Below, piece by piece: positions 54,557 to 58,088 of a stretch of 58,088 bases of DNA. Each line of letters starts with the position of its first letter. Positions within the stretch are counted from its first letter, which is position 1. The notes below the pieces were generated by a model. The model saw only the letters and a program-made list of their open reading frames with translations. It searched no databases and was not told the DNA's origin. Position numbers and translations under genes: made by a program. The stretch is from a virus. Its lineage: Duplodnaviria; Caudoviricetes. Location of the stretch: positions 1 to 58,088 of IMG/VR virus record IMGVR_UViG_3300036800_000168, one strand, 5' to 3'.

Positions 54557-56080
54557 CTAGTCCTTCCCGCCGACCGGGGCGACGTGGTACTCCTTGGCCA
54601 TCTGGTCGATGTAGTTGATGACCTTGGAGCGCGGCTCGCTGGTGCGGCCGATGTCGTGCTTGGCGTTCTCCACGTCGGCCGGGCCGTTGACCGGGAACTT
54701 ATCGGTGCCCGGCAGGTGGTGGGCGGCACTCTCGCGCTCGGACTCGGTAACTCCCCCGGCCGCCAGGCCCCTCGCGCCCATCCGGCTGCCGGTCCCCTTG
54801 GGGTGCCTCGCGCACGCGCAGTCCCGGTCGGCGCAGTTCCCGCAGTCGCCGCCCTTGCACCCGGTGCACGACAGCTCGGAGAGCACCGGGCGGACCACGG
54901 CCATGAAGCCGTGCAGCACGGCCGAGTCGTCGTCGGTACGGTCCGTCTGCCCCCACGCGGAGGTGAAGCGGTTGTGGGCCGCGCCCAGCTCCGCCGCAGA
55001 GTGCGAGGAGGTTATCGCGCGCAGCCCCTCCTGCACGCCGACGGCCTCGCACTGCGCCTGGCGGCGGGCCGCGTCGATGTCCATCAGGTAGCCGACGGCC
55101 ACGCTGGCGGTGTGCGAGCGGTCGGAGCAGTCCTCGTCCGGCCAGTGGCCGCTGCCGCACCGCTCGTGGAACGGGTGCATGACGTCAGGCTGCATCGCCC
55201 AGCGGTAGCCGAACGGGTCGGGCAGCGAGTACCCGGCGATCACGGCGGCGGTACGGCGCTCGGCCCCGGCGTCCTGCGGCACCCCGGCGACCGGGTTGGG
55301 GCTGCTGTAGCCCTGGGAGTCGGTTGCGGCCGGGGCGGTCGGGATCGTCCCCGGCGCCCCGAGGGGGACTTCCGCGTAGGAGTCGGCGGTGTCGAAGCTC
55401 GTGGTGTGCGCGTCGGGCCGCTCCGGGCCGCTGCCGTAGCCTGAGCCGCCGGCGTCCTGCTGCATCACCGTCTGGATCAGCGGCGCCTGCTGCGAGGAGA
55501 CCTGCGAGTCGTGGTTGAACCCCTCGACCTGGGCGTTGTACGGGTCCTGGTCGGGCGCGAAGGTGGGGAACACCTGCGTCGGGTACGGCGTCTGCTGCGG
55601 CTGGTTGTTCGGGTCGGTGATCTGGTCGATCTGCGGCAGGCCGCTGGCCGCCTGGCTGCCGTGCAGGTAGGCGACCACCGACATGAACTCGTTCCTGGCC
55701 GCGCCCATCTTCAGCCCGTACCCGGACGCCAGGGAGCGTGCCCGGCCGTCAGCCTGGGCGGCCAGCTCGGAGCTGTCGGCGCGGACCTCAGCGGGCAGGC
55801 CCCGGTACCAGACCGACGCCTCGGCGATCATCGCGGTGCGGTAGTCGCCAGGCGTCTCGTACTCGGCGATCCAGTCGGTGGCGGCCGTGTGGTGCTCGTG
55901 CGCCGTAAACGGCATGAGGCGCTGCGCGGCGATCCGCGCGCCCAGGTCGGTCTCCCTGTCCTGGTCGGCGAGCGCCGCCGCGCGGCGGTCGAAGTCGTCG
56001 AGGGCCGCGACAGCCTGAGCGGTCTCCTGGCCCGTGGACGCCTGGCGGATCATCCGCGTCAGGTCGCTGCGGTTCGTCAT
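54557..56080 (-). CDS. Probable head-associated polyprotein (start MTNRSD at 56080) with DUF6582-like C-terminus
   Basis: GGGAGG RBS; EHHTAATDW; Cys cluster; KFPV....V.NA...I...A. Confidence 0.65.
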   Translation of the reverse strand: MTNRSDLTRMIRQASTGQETAQAVAALDDFDRRAAALADQDRETDLGARIAAQRLMPFTAHEHHTAATDWIAEYETPGDYRTAMIAEASVWYRGLPAEVRADSSELAAQADGRARSLASGYGLKMGAARNEFMSVVAYLHGSQAASGLPQIDQITDPNNQPQQTPYPTQVFPTFAPDQDPYNAQVEGFNHDSQVSSQQAPLIQTVMQQDAGGSGYGSGPERPDAHTTSFDTADSYAEVPLGAPGTIPTAPAATDSQGYSSPNPVAGVPQDAGAERRTAAVIAGYSLPDPFGYRWAMQPDVMHPFHERCGSGHWPDEDCSDRSHTASVAVGYLMDIDAARRQAQCEAVGVQEGLRAITSSHSAAELGAAHNRFTSAWGQTDRTDDDSAVLHGFMAVVRPVLSELSCTGCKGGDCGNCADRDCACARHPKGTGSRMGARGLAAGGVTESERESAAHHLPGTDKFPVNGPADVENAKHDIGRTSEPRSKVINYIDQMAKEYHVAPVGGKD

Positions 56081-56104
56081 CAGCCCTCCCGTGGGTTCCT
56101 GTAC

Positions 56105-56127
56105 CTTCTGCGGCCAGGTCACGGAAA
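56105..56127 (-). promoter_or_regulatory. Putative late promoter motif TTTCC-N12-CAGAAG
   Basis: Upstream of the 56080 gene. Confidence 0.5.
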
Positions 56128-56649
56128 GGGCATGAGGGACAGTAACGGCGTGGTAACGATCGAGGTCAGTGCGTCCTCGTGACCTTTCCGCAACCACTGG
56201 TCGCCGATGACGTCCATCACCGCCGCCAGGTCGGCGGTGCGCAGCGGCGGCATCCGCCCCGCGTCGAGGAAGTCCAGCCACATGCCCGCCGCCTCGGAGG
56301 CGGACAAGCCGGAGTTCACCCGGGCAGCCGCCCAGCCGGGCATCCGCCCGTACCACTGCTGCCTGCCGGAGTCCGGCTTGCGGACCGGCTCCATTCCCTG
56401 CCCGGCGGCGGCGGCCACCAGGGCACGAAGCTGCGAGCGGCTGAGCACCACGCGGGAGCCGGAGTCGAGGATGCCCCGCGCCGCCGTCACCGGGTCGTCG
56501 TCAGTCTCCCGGCGGGCCGCCGCGTCGTCTGACGCGCACCCCTGGTGCAGCTTGCGGCCGTAGTAGTAGAAGTACTCGTCACCGAGAATGAACTCATTCC
56601 CGCACTCGTCGCAGGTGATCCCGGTCTCCCGGGCCGTCGCTGTCGCCAC
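56119..56649 (-). CDS. Hypothetical protein with N-terminal zinc finger
   Basis: CDEC...H..C; GGGAGG RBS. Confidence 0.6.
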   Translation of the reverse strand: MATATARETGITCDECGNEFILGDEYFYYYGRKLHQGCASDDAAARRETDDDPVTAARGILDSGSRVVLSRSQLRALVAAAAGQGMEPVRKPDSGRQQWYGRMPGWAAARVNSGLSASEAAGMWLDFLDAGRMPPLRTADLAAVMDVIGDQWLRKGHEDALTSIVTTPLLSLMPFP

Positions 56650-56956
56650 TGAAGCCTCCCACGGCTTCCGTGGGCGGCCCGGCGGGTTCCTCGGGCAGCG
56701 CGATCTTGTAGGCGTTCAGGAGCTGAAGGGCGAGGACCTCCCGCGCCTGGACGGTGACCGACTCCAGGAAGACCAGCGCCTCGGTGTAGCCGCGCGTCAT
56801 CTCCGGCCTCGGCCGGGTGCCCCGCAGCAGATCCAGCATGGCGTCGGCCGCGCGGACGTCCTCGGCCGCCATCGACAGCAGGGAGTTGCGCTCCCAGTCG
56901 CGGGGGTCCGGCCCGTCGTGGAGCGGGGTTTCCTCGTCCTCCGGGGCCTCGGTCAC
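56594..56956 (-). CDS. Hypothetical protein
   Basis: GTGA overlap with UDG. Confidence 0.55.
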   Translation of the reverse strand: MTEAPEDEETPLHDGPDPRDWERNSLLSMAAEDVRAADAMLDLLRGTRPRPEMTRGYTEALVFLESVTVQAREVLALQLLNAYKIALPEEPAGPPTEAVGGFSGDSDGPGDRDHLRRVRE

Positions 56957-57546
56957 GCCGTGGCCTTCTGCGGCAGCGCCAGCCGCAGCGCGTCCACCGT
57001 GGCCTTCTTCCACTCCGCCCGCTCGGCGTCGTCCTTCAGGTGCAGCAGGTAGGCCGGGTGCGGGACGGCGAGCAGGCGGCGCCCGTCCAGCTCGTGCCAC
57101 TTGAAGCGGGCGTCGGCGAACCTGCCCAGCGTGCCCCGGGTAAGTCCCCGCCAGGCGACGTCCCCGGCCGCGACGACCACCACCGGGTCAACCAGCGCGA
57201 CCTCGGCCGCCAGCCGGGCCTCGGACGCCTGGACCTCGAACGGGTACGGCGTGCGGTTGGCCGACGACGGCCGCCACGGCAGCACGTTGGTCGCGTAGCA
57301 GTACTCCCACGGGATCCCGGCCTGCCGGAACAGCTCCTGGAGCAGCGCGCCCGACCTCCCGGTGAACGGCCGACCCCTGCGGTCCTCCTCCTCGCCGGGC
57401 GCCTCGCCGACCGCCGCGATCGGCGCGCCGAGCATCCCGTGGCCGCGCACCATCCGCTTGCCCTCTGCCAGCTTCGCGAGGACCGGGGTCCGGGCGTACT
57501 CCTCGTACAGGGCCGCCATCGCCGCCTCGCGGCCTTCCTGCTCCAC
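56953..57546 (-). CDS. Uracil-DNA glycosylase, family 4-like
   Basis: GEAPG.EED..GRPF.G.SG.LL, TNV...RP..NR.P, HPAY; GGAGGAGG RBS before GTG 57546. Confidence 0.88.
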   Translation of the reverse strand: MEQEGREAAMAALYEEYARTPVLAKLAEGKRMVRGHGMLGAPIAAVGEAPGEEEDRRGRPFTGRSGALLQELFRQAGIPWEYCYATNVLPWRPSSANRTPYPFEVQASEARLAAEVALVDPVVVVAAGDVAWRGLTRGTLGRFADARFKWHELDGRRLLAVPHPAYLLHLKDDAERAEWKKATVDALRLALPQKATA

Positions 57547-57682
57547 TAGTCCTCCTCCGGAAACGGCGAACCGGGCGACCCTAAGCCAGAGAGGGGGCCG
57601 CCCGGTCCGCGCGCAGGCCCATCGGTCCGGTCCTGCGTTGCAAGGAACAAGCACTTCCTCGCGGAAGCACCTGACTAGGACC

Positions 57683-57711
57683 AGGGTAATACAGCTTTTC
57701 TTGCTAGACAA
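57683..57711 (-). promoter_or_regulatory. Leftward promoter with box, upstream of UDG
   Basis: TTGTCT-agcaagaaaagctgtat-TACCCT on the minus strand. Confidence 0.7.
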
Positions 57712-57985
57712 CCCCATCAGGAACGGGAGGGCAATCGTCTGCTCCCTCACCCGGCTGCCTGCGGCTGTCCACGACGACGCAGCCGTCCACGTCCAGCAGC
57801 AGCCACTTTTCGAGAGAGTCGTACTCACCCGCCAGGAGCTTCCAGTCGGCCGGGCGCATTGCCGTCCGCCACAGCTCCCACCCGGAGACGCGGCAGCAGG
57901 TCACCTGGAGGCCGTAGGGCAGGTTGAAGATCGACGTGCGGGGGATCTCAGCGGTGGTGACGTGCAGGTCGTGGTACGAGGGCAC
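57704..57985 (-). CDS. Hypothetical protein
   Basis: ORF with plausible codon use. Confidence 0.5.
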   Translation of the reverse strand: MPSYHDLHVTTAEIPRTSIFNLPYGLQVTCCRVSGWELWRTAMRPADWKLLAGEYDSLEKWLLLDVDGCVVVDSRRQPGEGADDCPPVPDGVV

Positions 57986-57990
57986 CTAGC

Positions 57991-58088
57991 TCACCCGGCT
58001 TCCCCGGCCTTGCGCGCCTCGTCCTTCCAGGTGATTCCCGCCTGGCCGGCCCACTGCATCATGCCGTGCAGGAACAGCTTGGCGGCCT
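57991..58088 (-). CDS. C-terminal fragment of a gene running off the window
   Basis: AAKLFLHGMMQWAGQAGITWKDEARKAGEAG-stop. Confidence 0.4.
   Translation of the reverse strand, partial: AAKLFLHGMMQWAGQAGITWKDEARKAGEAG

Larger units (their letters stand above)
1..58088. mobile_element. Segment of a large actinobacteriophage genome (Bxz1/cluster C-like head module)
   Basis: MCP, decoration, protease, portal and fibre genes; dense small overlapping ORFs; WhiB; no host housekeeping genes. Confidence 0.95.

Noticed and set aside
54553-56356. ORF-track N-terminal extensions of 52810-54729 and 54557-56356
   Set aside because: They overlap neighbouring genes; better starts at 54552 and 56080

Overview
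This window is a segment of a large, high-GC (about 70%) actinobacteriophage genome. Its head module resembles the Bxz1/cluster C type (recognised from the major capsid, decoration, protease and portal sequences as I recall them; no search was run). Minus-strand structural genes occupy 1-25.9 kb: MCP (truncated at the left edge), decoration protein, a 1505-aa maturation protease/scaffold carrying inserted domains, a 1142-aa SWIM-containing head protein, fibre/spike-like genes and portal. A second block of probable head-associated genes lies at 51.8-56.1 kb. Between them is a roughly 26 kb plus-strand block of about 65 small, translationally coupled early-type genes (C5 methyltransferase, HAD, cupin, ParB-like, WhiB, NUDIX, HNH, Tat-signal protein). 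Two small plus-strand early islands also interrupt the structural region. Main observations: (1) head proteins built as polyproteins whose modules are bounded by a recurrent [R/K]-x-A-[A/S/D/G]-like motif, suggesting protease-released capsid cargo; (2) a 30-aa four-His motif with identical spacing in four unrelated proteins; (3) three tandem Phd/YefM-like genes with no toxin; (4) 13 copies of a 17-bp box in sigma70-type promoter spacers in either orientation, plus a separate late-gene motif with RBS-masking hairpins; (5) an exact 35-bp inverted repeat 33 kb apart, with one copy next to the ParB-like and whiB genes. No tRNA, rRNA, CRISPR array, integrase or transposase was seen.
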